From assembly GCA_964435515.1 (NCBI GenBank), contig CAYSZD010000003.1, positions 13,080-77,079 of the forward strand: a stretch of 64,000 nt of DNA, in the 5' to 3' direction. Shown here one piece after another: positions 54,472 through 63,605 of the stretch (within the stretch, counting starts at the first letter, position 1; each line of letters begins with the position of its first letter). The notes beneath the pieces are model-generated. The model made no database searches. It saw only the letters and a list, made by a program, of their open reading frames with translations, and was not told the origin of the DNA. This DNA comes from an uncultured Gammaproteobacteria bacterium (GTDB lineage: Bacteria; Patescibacteriota; Patescibacteriia; Patescibacteriales; UBA12465). The position numbers and the translations under genes were made by a program.

Positions 54472-55949
54472 TATACAAAGGGTAAATTATCAGGAATATT
54501 CTCATTAGTCTCCTTTAAAAAATTATCTTCATCATCTTTTTTTGAATCACTTTCGGAAGATGCTACTTCTTTTTTTGCTGATGTTTCCCTATTATTAGAA
54601 GTTAGAATGTCATCCTGAAAAAACTGTGGCGAACCACTAGCAATATCACTTACCAATGGCAAAGATGAAGGAGCGTCAGCTTTTCGTCCTGGGGCCTTCT
54701 GAATCATAGGAGCCTTCACATTAGCTTCAACTGGAAAATGCCATAAAGTAGCCAATTCTTCAATATTAAATAAGCCCGGATTTCTTCCATTATAATCATC
54801 CCTGGCAATATAATTAGTCATAATAGAATTTTTCTTTTTTATCAATCTTTTATCCTTATTAAAATAAGCGGTCCTAGTCATGGTAAATTTTAAGTCTGGC
54901 TTTAAATTATTTAAATCCAAGGCTACAAACTGTTTCATATATCCAACTAAACCATTAACCACCTTACTGCGCATCATTAAATCCTTACGGGCCACATAGA
55001 CAATCCTAATTTTTACCTCAAAAGCTACTTTAGAAGCTTTTTCTTGAATAGCCTCGATTTGTTTCTTTTGTTTAGGATTTAATTCCATCATTGATAATCC
55101 TTTATCATCTTTTTCCTTGCTTTCAATATCACCCCAAATACTATAAATAACTTCACTAGCCTCACCTATCCATTCAACTAACTTTGAAGACCAACCTTTT
55201 GAGGCCTTATTCTTACCCAATATTTTATCGACCATTACATCACTTTCTTTTATCCAGTCAAATCCAGTTGGAATAAGAATAATTTGAAACCATAGGTTCT
55301 CCCCTTCTCTCAAAGAACTACACAAATCCATAAGCGATGCCATAGGATCTTTAAATTGAGTCTCACTGGGACCATATTGATGCTCAAACTCTTTATACAT
55401 TTTAATTGGAAAAGCCCAATGCTGTGATTGAATAAATTCAGACCCCCAAACATCATATTCTTCATCCGGAAAACGATGGGGCACTGTATCAACGTAATCA
55501 TCAACTTCAGCAATTTCAGCATCAGGATATTGAGAATATACAGAAGTTTCAATTAAATCCCGAAACTCAATTGGTGTTCTAATTAAAAACTGAGTATAAC
55601 CCTCTAGGCTGACAATCTCATAACTAAAAGATACTTGAAATTTACCTTCAAACCATTTCTCAAAAAAACTTACAGAACCATGAGCACCAGCTAAATAGGT
55701 AAACATATTTTCCACCGCTTTAGGTGATTGTTCGTTGCCTTTAGGAATATCAATGGCCAACATAATAAATTTTAGATTATTATCCGCCCAATATGATCTT
55801 ATTTTTTGTAAATAGACTATCAATAATCCATATAACAACAAAATTGCTAATAAAATCCAGCCAATGTTAATAAAAAAGACCCACAACATTTCAATAGGTG
55901 GTAGATTTATAAATTGATCTAAACGACTCGTATCTATAGTTATCGTCAT
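54471..55949 (-). CDS. membrane protein homologous to the N-terminal ~410-aa module of ORF 17908-20451, without the ATPase
   Basis: The shared ordered blocks are listed in the finding for this ORF. Confidence 0.65.
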   Translation of the reverse strand: MTITIDTSRLDQFINLPPIEMLWVFFINIGWILLAILLLYGLLIVYLQKIRSYWADNNLKFIMLAIDIPKGNEQSPKAVENMFTYLAGAHGSVSFFEKWFEGKFQVSFSYEIVSLEGYTQFLIRTPIEFRDLIETSVYSQYPDAEIAEVDDYVDTVPHRFPDEEYDVWGSEFIQSQHWAFPIKMYKEFEHQYGPSETQFKDPMASLMDLCSSLREGENLWFQIILIPTGFDWIKESDVMVDKILGKNKASKGWSSKLVEWIGEASEVIYSIWGDIESKEKDDKGLSMMELNPKQKKQIEAIQEKASKVAFEVKIRIVYVARKDLMMRSKVVNGLVGYMKQFVALDLNNLKPDLKFTMTRTAYFNKDKRLIKKKNSIMTNYIARDDYNGRNPGLFNIEELATLWHFPVEANVKAPMIQKAPGRKADAPSSLPLVSDIASGSPQFFQDDILTSNNRETSAKKEVASSESDSKKDDEDNFLKETNENIPDNLPFV

Positions 55950-56020
55950 AACACAATATAAACAATTTAAGCCTTTAATAGACTCAACATTATGCTAATA
56001 TTTTAGCATAAATTGAAAAA

Positions 56021-56060
56021 TAAAAAAACCGCCTCTACTATTTAAAAATAAAGGCGATTT
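56021..56060 (-). terminator. terminator after the sigma-r4/HARE-HTH gene
   Basis: Minus strand ATCGCCTTTA-loop-TAGAGGCGGT (two G-U pairs) followed by T7. Confidence 0.65.
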
Positions 56061-56080
56061 TATCTATTGTATATTTAATA

Positions 56081-57124
56081 TTATGCTTGTTTCCATTCTC
56101 TCAGGCCATACATTCCTCTACCGGTTAAAACGTATCTATCGTCAAGAATAAGTTCATTGTGCACAGTAGCAGGATTAGCATTTTTATGATCAAATTTAAC
56201 TTCATTTATCCTAGCAGCAATGTCAGTGAAATGTAGTGCTTGACCATAATTCTTCAGAACTAAATAAATCTTATCATTAATTGTCTTTGGCTTGATTTCA
56301 TGCCAATCACTTTTACCCCAAAAACCAAATTTATTACGTTCTAAATTTTTAATTGATTGAAGCAATGAGTATACAGACTTATTTTTATTCATTAATTCCG
56401 CCTTGTCAGGAAAAGTCTTACTCTTAAAAATAGAACTAATATCTAAATTATTACCCTGATTTAAACAATCTTGATGACGTTTATAGCTATCAAGCTCAGA
56501 GGCTATATCCATTAATTTACTGGTATCTAAAGTGGTATTTAAAGATTCTATCTTTTGGATTAATTCTTCACTCATTTCCTTAAAATGATCAAGTGATTCA
56601 TCTTTTAAAGAAATTGAAGGATTAAAATTATTATTTCCAGCTAAAACACTAAAATCATCAGAAAGCAACTTAGATAAAAGAAAATCAAATCTATTGCGAT
56701 ATGCTTGACGATTTTTATCATAATCAGCGCCATCAAGCTCATTTTCGTCATTCATTTCTAGGCTCATCACTGTTAAAATATCTAAAAGAAAATCTCTTCG
56801 TAACATGCCTCCGTGTTCTTTAAGTAGACCATTAACCACTCCACGTAAAACCTGAAGGTATTCATCTAAATTATCTAATTTTTTTATCTTTTTAATACTA
56901 GCATTCTCAATTTGGCGCACTCTTTCGCGAGTTAATTTATGTAATTTACCAATTTTTTCTAAAGTTTCATAGCTATCACCATTCAAACCAAAACGACGAG
57001 TCAAAATGTCTTTTTCTCGCTCCATTAAATCAGAAAATAAGCTATTTACAACTTTAATAGCATTTAACTTTGATAACTCTTCAGTGCGTTTTTCTTGCAC
57101 AATTTTTTCCAATATATTCTCCAT
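56081..57124 (-). CDS. DNA-binding protein with a sigma-70 region-4-like HTH (N-terminal) and a HARE-HTH-like domain (C-terminal)
   Basis: REKDILTRRFGLNGDSYETLEKIGKLHKLTRERVRQIENASIKKIKKL is sigma r4.2-like. YLVLKNYGQALHFTDIAARI...DDRYVLTGRGMYGLREW resembles the RpoE-delta/HARE-HTH pattern. ATG 57124 is preferred because promoter boxes lie inside the longer track ORF. Confidence 0.65.
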   Translation of the reverse strand: MENILEKIVQEKRTEELSKLNAIKVVNSLFSDLMEREKDILTRRFGLNGDSYETLEKIGKLHKLTRERVRQIENASIKKIKKLDNLDEYLQVLRGVVNGLLKEHGGMLRRDFLLDILTVMSLEMNDENELDGADYDKNRQAYRNRFDFLLSKLLSDDFSVLAGNNNFNPSISLKDESLDHFKEMSEELIQKIESLNTTLDTSKLMDIASELDSYKRHQDCLNQGNNLDISSIFKSKTFPDKAELMNKNKSVYSLLQSIKNLERNKFGFWGKSDWHEIKPKTINDKIYLVLKNYGQALHFTDIAARINEVKFDHKNANPATVHNELILDDRYVLTGRGMYGLREWKQA

Positions 57125-57176
57125 ATAAAAAAATAGCAGTGCTATGTTAGAAATAATAATATATGTCAACAACTGT

Positions 57177-57205
57177 AATCTATCATAATACGATATATTA
57201 GTCAA
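57177..57205 (-). promoter_or_regulatory. sigma70-type promoter (TTGACT-17-TAGATT) for the sigma-r4/HARE-HTH gene
   Basis: On the minus strand, -35 at 57205-57200 and -10 at 57182-57177 with an exact 17-nt spacer. Confidence 0.55.
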
Positions 57206-57209
57206 GCCC

Positions 57210-58151
57210 TTAATCCTGATTAAATTTAGGGTAATGTTTTAGTAAATAATTAGCTAATAATAGAGAAAAAAAGAAATATAAAATTATTTGCGCTAAAATA
57301 AGCATTTGCGAATAAATAGTTTCATTTCTCCAATATTTAAAAAATAAGAGATGTTGTCCTCTAAAAGACCAGGCTTTTGCGACTCGACTACGATAACGCC
57401 AATCCTGTATTCTGCTTTTTAGGCTAGATTTAAGAGCCAGGCTTCTATCATGATAAGCTAAAGCGCTCGGAGATAAATAACTATGATAACCAGCTTTCTT
57501 TAAGCGATAGGCTAAATCACAGTCCTCTTTATACATAAAAAAATTTTCATCAAAATAACAATCATTAACCTGGACTTTATCCAATACAGACAAGCGTAAC
57601 AAGGCAGCCGCCCCTGATGGACCAAAAATAGAGCTACTATCATAGAGGCCTCTATCCTCTTCCCCTTGACCTAAATCACTAAAACGTAAACCTGCTTTCA
57701 TTATGATACCGCAAGAATCTAAAATGTTAGTTTTAAGATTATTATTAAAATCCCAAGAATATATTTTAGGACAAACAGCTACAGCTTCTGGACGACTTAC
57801 TAAATCATCTAATAATATTTTAATCATATGCTCATCAATCAACATATCCGGATTTAACATTAGAAAATATTCTATCTCTAATTCTTCAGCTTTTTTAATT
57901 AATCTATTATAGGCCGCCGCAAAACCTAAATTATTTTCAAATCTTAAATAATGCCATTCAAAATTAGATGCTCGCTTATAATTATTAACTATTTCTTCAT
58001 TCTTAAAAAAAAGCTGATCACTATTATCACCAGCCAAAATAACTAGCTCTAAATTGTTAGCTAACTTACTTTTTTCTACGCTCGACAAAAAATACTCTAA
58101 ATAAGGAGCAGATGAATCGTTATAGCATAAAAAGGCAAGTGCTAATTTCAT
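57210..58151 (-). CDS. glycosyltransferase family 2 (rhamnosyltransferase-like) with a C-terminal TM
   Basis: GT2 features: DNSD, a NLGFAAAYN segment, LNPDM and EDCDLAYR. The C-terminal helix is MLILAQIILYFFFSLLLANYLL. Confidence 0.8.
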   Translation of the reverse strand: MKLALAFLCYNDSSAPYLEYFLSSVEKSKLANNLELVILAGDNSDQLFFKNEEIVNNYKRASNFEWHYLRFENNLGFAAAYNRLIKKAEELEIEYFLMLNPDMLIDEHMIKILLDDLVSRPEAVAVCPKIYSWDFNNNLKTNILDSCGIIMKAGLRFSDLGQGEEDRGLYDSSSIFGPSGAAALLRLSVLDKVQVNDCYFDENFFMYKEDCDLAYRLKKAGYHSYLSPSALAYHDRSLALKSSLKSRIQDWRYRSRVAKAWSFRGQHLLFFKYWRNETIYSQMLILAQIILYFFFSLLLANYLLKHYPKFNQD

Positions 58152-58160
58152 AACTATAGA

Positions 58161-58886
58161 TTAAAATATCATTTTTGAGTCTAACTTTTCTTTTGCAAAT
58201 ATTTGTGCTTTTAATAAGCTGTCAAAAGTACCAGCATCCAGCCATTCACCATTAACCTTAGCAACTTCTAATTCTCCTTTTAGTAAATAACTATTAATTA
58301 CATCGGTTATCTCTAATTCACCGCGCTCACTTGGTTTTAAATTCTTAGCAATTTCTATAACATTATTATCGCACACATAAAGACCAGTTACCGCATAATC
58401 ACTTAAATAAGTTTGAGGCTTTTCTACAATCTGCTCTGCTTTCATGTTTTCATCAAACTTTACCACTCCAAAGCGAGACGGATCACTAACTTGCTTAGCA
58501 AAAACTTTAGCGCCTTTTTTAAAATTAATAATGTCTTCAGAAAAATCATCTTCAAAAATATTATCACCTAAAATCATGGTCACATTATCTGCACCAATAA
58601 ATTTTTCACCAATTAAAAAGGCCTGAGCTAATCCTTCTGGTTTATCTTGGATTTCGTAAGTAAAACGAACGCCGAAATCTTTACCGCTACCTAATAAATT
58701 TAAATAATCACCTGCTCTTTCTGGGGCTACAATAATTAATATTTCTTTAATCCCAGCTTTAATTAATGTGTGCAAAGGATAATAAATCATTGGCCTATTA
58801 TATATAGGCAATAATTGTTTACTAGTAATTTTAGTAAGTGGTCGTAATCGAGTACCACTACCACCAGAAAGAATAATTCCACGCAT
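58161..58886 (-). CDS. rmlA: glucose-1-phosphate thymidylyltransferase (short-form sugar nucleotidyltransferase)
   Basis: MRGIILSGGSGTRLRPLT and LGDNIF. Confidence 0.8.
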   Translation of the reverse strand: MRGIILSGGSGTRLRPLTKITSKQLLPIYNRPMIYYPLHTLIKAGIKEILIIVAPERAGDYLNLLGSGKDFGVRFTYEIQDKPEGLAQAFLIGEKFIGADNVTMILGDNIFEDDFSEDIINFKKGAKVFAKQVSDPSRFGVVKFDENMKAEQIVEKPQTYLSDYAVTGLYVCDNNVIEIAKNLKPSERGELEITDVINSYLLKGELEVAKVNGEWLDAGTFDSLLKAQIFAKEKLDSKMIF

Positions 58887-58896
58887 AAAAGAATAG

Positions 58897-59775
58897 TTAA
58901 ATTTTATTTAAATCTATGATTGAAAGATATTCAGTTAAAGCATCCTGCCATGAACGCAAAGGACTTCTTCTGGTATTTCCTAACACAGAAAAATTGGGTC
59001 TCTTAGCCGGACGTAACCAGTCGCTTGGCTTAATAGCTATTAACTCAACATCTGATCCTAGATAATTAAAAAGAAAAAGAGCTGCTTCATACCAGCTAGC
59101 CTGACCTGAATTAGTTAAATGATATATACCACGAGGCGCTTTGTCATTACAAAGAGTTAATGTAGCTGCAGCTAAATCAACCGTGTAAGTAAAACAACTC
59201 ATTTCCCCGTCAACAACTTTAACCACTTTATTCTCACGAGCTAATTTAATCATTACTTCAAAAAAACTAGGTTTAGATAATTCGTTGTTAGATTTTTCTC
59301 CGAATAATTTAGAAGTACGAACGATATAATATTGTAAACCCTTTAAAGCTCTTTTAGCAATTTCTTTTTCGCCCGCCAATTTACTCATCCCATATTTATT
59401 TAAAGGTGCGGGCCTATCAAGCTCAGTATAAGGATTATTTGTTCTATCATCAGCCCCAAAGACATAATCAGTAGAATAATGTAATAGGGTAGCCTGAGAT
59501 TTTAAACAATAATCCGCTAAAAAAGCTGGCAAATCTTTATTTAATTTTAAAGCCAAGGCCTCTTCCTGGCTATCTGTCTCACATTTATCAACAGCATTAT
59601 AAGCGGCAGCATTAATAATTAACTGTGGCCTAATTTTATCTAAACGATGAGCTAATTCATCAAAATCTAAATAATTAAAATCTGTATGATCCCAAGCCGC
59701 ACTTATATTATTAGTAAATTTTGCTTTAAGTTGAGAGCCTAGATTACCATTAGCTCCTAAAATAATAGTATTCAT
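58897..59775 (-). CDS. rmlD: dTDP-4-dehydrorhamnose reductase
   Basis: ILGANGNLGS Rossmann segment and STDYVF (the YxxxK region, YGMSK). Confidence 0.85.
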   Translation of the reverse strand: MNTIILGANGNLGSQLKAKFTNNISAAWDHTDFNYLDFDELAHRLDKIRPQLIINAAAYNAVDKCETDSQEEALALKLNKDLPAFLADYCLKSQATLLHYSTDYVFGADDRTNNPYTELDRPAPLNKYGMSKLAGEKEIAKRALKGLQYYIVRTSKLFGEKSNNELSKPSFFEVMIKLARENKVVKVVDGEMSCFTYTVDLAAATLTLCNDKAPRGIYHLTNSGQASWYEAALFLFNYLGSDVELIAIKPSDWLRPAKRPNFSVLGNTRRSPLRSWQDALTEYLSIIDLNKI

Positions 59776-59783
59776 ATACTTTG

Positions 59784-59811
59784 AGTATAGCTAAAATCTT
59801 AAAGAAAGCAA
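59784..59811 (-). promoter_or_regulatory. promoter TTGCTT-16-TATACT, 8 nt upstream of the rmlD ATG
   Basis: Minus-strand order: murF terminator, -35 (59811-59806), -10 (59789-59784), then CAAAGTAT-ATG. Confidence 0.55.
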
Positions 59812-59812
59812 G

Positions 59813-59837
59813 AAAAAGCGTTCACTGGGAACGCTTT
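59813..59837 (-). terminator. terminator after murF
   Basis: AGCGTTC / GAACGCT stem with a 5-nt loop. The minus strand is followed by T5. Confidence 0.7.
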
Positions 59838-59851
59838 AGAGAAAAAATATA

Positions 59852-61138
59852 TTATAGCCATGATGAGTTTTGCCGCACTAAAATGTCAGGAGCTTTATTA
59901 GGCTCAGCCATTAATTCTTTAACAACTTTTTCCATTCTCATACCCTGCGAACCTTTAACTAATAATAAGTCACCCTCCTTTAAACGATTCTGTACAAAAC
60001 GACCAGCATCTTCAGTTTTATCAAAATGAAATATTCTATCTTCACTCATTTTTTTCTTCTTAGCAGACCTATCAATATCCCGAGACCTTTCACCTACACT
60101 AATTAAATAATCAATATTTTGTGCCACTATTGCCTCCCCTAACAATCCATGTCCCTCTTCACTATAGGCACCAATTTCTAACATATCACCTAAAATAGCA
60201 TATTTTTTAGATTCAGCGCCTATCTTCATTGATCCTAATATCCTAATAGCTGAAAGACATGATTCTGGAGATGAATTATATGTATCATCAATAATATGAG
60301 TATTTTTAATACCCTCTATCAAGCGCATACGGCCAGGAGGCGTATGTATATCATTCGCCTTAGCGGCAATTTCCATTAAATTTAAACCATAATATATTGC
60401 GACTAACGCAGCGGCTAAGAAAGAATATACGCTAGCTTCACTTAAAACATATTTCATATTAATTGGAACAACACTACCTTCATATTTAAGTTTAAAATTT
60501 AAACCACAAAGCTCACGATCGCTTGATTCAAAATGATAATGTAAATCATGAGCTAATAAATTAGCTCCTTCATTAAATCCATATGTCAAAACCCTAGCCT
60601 GACTAAAGTCTTTCATGGATAAGACTTCAGCATTATCATAATTTAAAATACTTAAACCTTTATTATTAACCGCTTCAATTAAAACTTGTTTTTCTTTTTT
60701 AATATTTTGTAAACTACCAAAGAACTCTAAATGAGAATGACTTAAAGCTGTCATGATGCCTATTTTTGGTGGAGCTATTTTTATCAAATAGGCCATATCA
60801 CCAGGTCTATCAACGCCCATTTCTAAAACTAATAACTTAGGATAATCAGCCTGATAAAATAATAGCAATTTTAAAGCTCTTAAAAAAACATTTAGCCAAC
60901 CCACAATTGAACTAGCTGGCGACTCTTCAACGCCAATAATCGTCAAAGGAACACCAATCTCATTATTATAGTTCTTTGAACTAGCCCGTAAAGAAAAATT
61001 ATCAGCTAAAAGCGCAGCCACAGCTTCTTTAGTGCTAGTTTTACCAACCGAACCGCTAATAGCAATAATATCTGGTTGATATTTTTTTAAAATTAATTTA
61101 CTAAAAAATTTTAAGTTTAATTTTAGAATATGACGCAT
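59852..61138 (-). CDS. murF: UDP-N-acetylmuramoyl-tripeptide--D-alanyl-D-alanine ligase
   Basis: ISGSVGKTSTKE P-loop, and IDDTYNSSPES. Confidence 0.88.
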   Translation of the reverse strand: MRHILKLNLKFFSKLILKKYQPDIIAISGSVGKTSTKEAVAALLADNFSLRASSKNYNNEIGVPLTIIGVEESPASSIVGWLNVFLRALKLLLFYQADYPKLLVLEMGVDRPGDMAYLIKIAPPKIGIMTALSHSHLEFFGSLQNIKKEKQVLIEAVNNKGLSILNYDNAEVLSMKDFSQARVLTYGFNEGANLLAHDLHYHFESSDRELCGLNFKLKYEGSVVPINMKYVLSEASVYSFLAAALVAIYYGLNLMEIAAKANDIHTPPGRMRLIEGIKNTHIIDDTYNSSPESCLSAIRILGSMKIGAESKKYAILGDMLEIGAYSEEGHGLLGEAIVAQNIDYLISVGERSRDIDRSAKKKKMSEDRIFHFDKTEDAGRFVQNRLKEGDLLLVKGSQGMRMEKVVKELMAEPNKAPDILVRQNSSWL

Positions 61139-61142
61139 ATAA

Positions 61143-63218
61143 TTAATTTCTTGTTTTAGGAATTTGATAATATTTTAACATAAAATCAGCCACATCATGC
61201 CAAAGCGGCACTACCGTGCTCTCAGCAAATTGTACTCCTTTAGGAGCATCTAACCTAGTTAGCATTACTATCTGGGGATTATCAGCTGGAACTACTCCAA
61301 TAAAGGTATGAATGTATTTATCGGCACTATAACCTCCAGCAATAGCTACCTGAGCCGTACCAGTTTTACCACCAATATAATAACCAGGAATTTGTGCCCC
61401 CTTAGCGTGACCATGCTCTACAACATTAATCATCATGGCTAAAACAGTATTAGCTGTTTGAGGCGAAACTGTCTGATTTACTAATTGTGGCTTAATCTCA
61501 TCAATTGTGCCATTAGCATGCCTTATTTCTTGGACAATATACGGCTTCATTAACATACCTTGGTTAGCTAAAGATTCATATGACATTAGCATTTGTAAGG
61601 AAGTAACCGCAATACCTTGTCCAAAAGAAGCTGTGGCGGCATCAATTTCTCGTACTCGACTACGAAGCAAATTATCAATATTACCAGCGCTTTCTGCTCC
61701 TAATTCAATACCACTTTTTTCGCCAAAACCAAATTTTTTTACATAATCAGCAAAAACATTTGGACCAATTTTTAACATTGCAAAAATTGCTCCTGTATTC
61801 AAAGAATTTTCAAGAACATAATTCATATCTACTAAACCATGTGCGCCCTTAGTACTAAAATCGGAATTACTAATTGGTTTAGGCCAACCATTAATCATTA
61901 TTTGACCTTCATCACGATAGGTAGTAGAAGGACTCACTTGTGCTCCATCGATAGCAGCCGCCATGGTAATAACTTTAAAAACTGAACCTGGTTCATACTG
62001 ATATAAAATAGCAGGATTATTATATAAAGAAATATCTTTTACCTCATTATAATTATTTGGATCAAAGCTAGGCAAAGAACACATAGCTAAAATGGCACCT
62101 GTTTTTGCTTGAACAGCAATCACGCTTCCACCTTCCGCCTGCCATTTATCAATTGATTCCACTAAAGCAGCACAAGCCTGAAACTGAACACCTCTATCCA
62201 TTGTTAAAATAAGATCACTACCACTTTCTGCTTTAATATACTCACGATCATTTACTATCACTGTATTCCCAATCCCCTTTTCTCCCTTTAAATAACCAGG
62301 CGTACCAGCTAATTCAGAGTTAAAAAATTCTTCTAAACCATAGTGGCCAGCCATTACATCGTCTGCCTTACTAACAAAGCCAACCAAATTACCCGCTAAT
62401 TCATTTTCAGGATAAAAACGATGACTCTCTAAATGAAAAGCGATACCTTTAATAGACAATTCTTCATCACTATCTTTAAAATATATTGTTTCTAATCTCC
62501 TTTCAATCTCATCCACTCCAATTTGCTTATCCTCATTAGAAGCTAAGGCGGCATAAACCGATAAAAGTATTTCATCACTTAACTTATATTTTAAAGGTTC
62601 ATATGGATCACCTGGCTTATCTAAGCGTTTTAAATAATCTGGTAAAATTTCTTCTTTTTTTTCATTTAACAAACGTTCTAAAGTAGTTTTTTTAATTTCC
62701 TGCCACTCTAGGCTATCTTCTTTTAATTTAGAGATATTTTCCAAGCTCTTCTTTTTAATAGTCTTCTCTTCGTCACTTAAATCAGAGGCATCAATAGATG
62801 CTAACTCGCTCTGTAGAGTATTGTATTCTTCTCTCGCTAAATTCTCATTCACTTCTTTTTCTATTTCCGGTAGATCAAATATCTGAAATAATTTTTCTGC
62901 TATTTCTCTAGGATTTTCAATGTCTTGAGGAATAGCATATAGAAAAGCAAAATCCTTATTAGCCGCTAAAGGAAAAAGACGATCTTCACCGTTAAGCTTT
63001 TCATGAAGCATTATTTTACCCCTAGTTGGATTTAGAGCGCTAGAAATATTATGTTGGCGTGCCGCTAGGGCGTCATACCAATCACCTTGAGTAATTTGTA
63101 AAAAATATAAACGATATATTAAAAGGCCAATAAATAAAAAAATCAGCGTTGCGAATAAACGCAAACGCAAATTAGATGAGCTCTGTTTCTCTTTTTTGGG
63201 CTTATAATCTTTCCACAT
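61143..63218 (-). CDS. ftsI: penicillin-binding protein 2 / FtsI-type transpeptidase
   Basis: N-terminal TM, PGSVFK (SxxK) and GKTGTA (KTG). A ~120-aa charged insertion sits in the N-terminal domain. Confidence 0.88.
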   Translation of the reverse strand: MWKDYKPKKEKQSSSNLRLRLFATLIFLFIGLLIYRLYFLQITQGDWYDALAARQHNISSALNPTRGKIMLHEKLNGEDRLFPLAANKDFAFLYAIPQDIENPREIAEKLFQIFDLPEIEKEVNENLAREEYNTLQSELASIDASDLSDEEKTIKKKSLENISKLKEDSLEWQEIKKTTLERLLNEKKEEILPDYLKRLDKPGDPYEPLKYKLSDEILLSVYAALASNEDKQIGVDEIERRLETIYFKDSDEELSIKGIAFHLESHRFYPENELAGNLVGFVSKADDVMAGHYGLEEFFNSELAGTPGYLKGEKGIGNTVIVNDREYIKAESGSDLILTMDRGVQFQACAALVESIDKWQAEGGSVIAVQAKTGAILAMCSLPSFDPNNYNEVKDISLYNNPAILYQYEPGSVFKVITMAAAIDGAQVSPSTTYRDEGQIMINGWPKPISNSDFSTKGAHGLVDMNYVLENSLNTGAIFAMLKIGPNVFADYVKKFGFGEKSGIELGAESAGNIDNLLRSRVREIDAATASFGQGIAVTSLQMLMSYESLANQGMLMKPYIVQEIRHANGTIDEIKPQLVNQTVSPQTANTVLAMMINVVEHGHAKGAQIPGYYIGGKTGTAQVAIAGGYSADKYIHTFIGVVPADNPQIVMLTRLDAPKGVQFAESTVVPLWHDVADFMLKYYQIPKTRN

Positions 63219-63226
63219 AAGCTAAA

Positions 63227-63562
63227 TTATTTTTTTGCCATAGTTGCCGATTCAGAATTTAAATATACAATTTCATCAACCGCCACCATATCCAAATTAC
63301 TTAAACGCGGAGAAAGAGTAGAATAAGACTGAAGATTTAAAACTTTAGCATGTAAATCTTCATTTTCCTCAGCCAGCATGCTTGCCCTACTTTTAAGTTC
63401 TTTTAAGGTAAAGCCTTGAACTGTTAAATTGTTCATTCCCACTAAATATGTTATACCCAGCACAACAACCATAAAACCTAAAAAAATATTTACAGCCGAA
63501 GTAAAACATTTTTTAGTTTGTTTAGTGCAAGAACTAGAAAGATTATTAGAACGCCTTTTCAT
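63227..63562 (-). CDS. ftsL: FtsL-like cell division protein
   Basis: 111 aa with a single TM and a leucine-rich coiled coil (LKELKSRASMLAEENEDLHAKVLNLQ), positioned between rsmH and ftsI. Confidence 0.6.
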   Translation of the reverse strand: MKRRSNNLSSSCTKQTKKCFTSAVNIFLGFMVVVLGITYLVGMNNLTVQGFTLKELKSRASMLAEENEDLHAKVLNLQSYSTLSPRLSNLDMVAVDEIVYLNSESATMAKK

Positions 63563-63605
63563 ATTCTTTTTACCGTTATACGGTTTTATATATTATTGAA
63601 AATTA

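Noticed and set aside
399-61746. Antisense or shadow ORFs in the track: 399-611, 639-902, 4910-5290, 5796-6002, 14318-14500, 16852-17118, 18644-18931, 20443-20742, 22387-22611, 23055-23276, 24060-24359, 28574-28804, 31385-31777, 34168-34419, 34510-34692, 35131-35343, 35971-36180, 38427-38654, 51144-51392, 55310-55552, 57703-57912, 58444-58626, 59781-60029 and 61507-61746.
   Set aside because: Each lies wholly or largely inside, or opposite to, a longer ORF with clear family motifs. Their translations are low-complexity (S/L/I/F/K-rich) with no recognisable motif. In AT-rich DNA such shadow frames are expected by chance.
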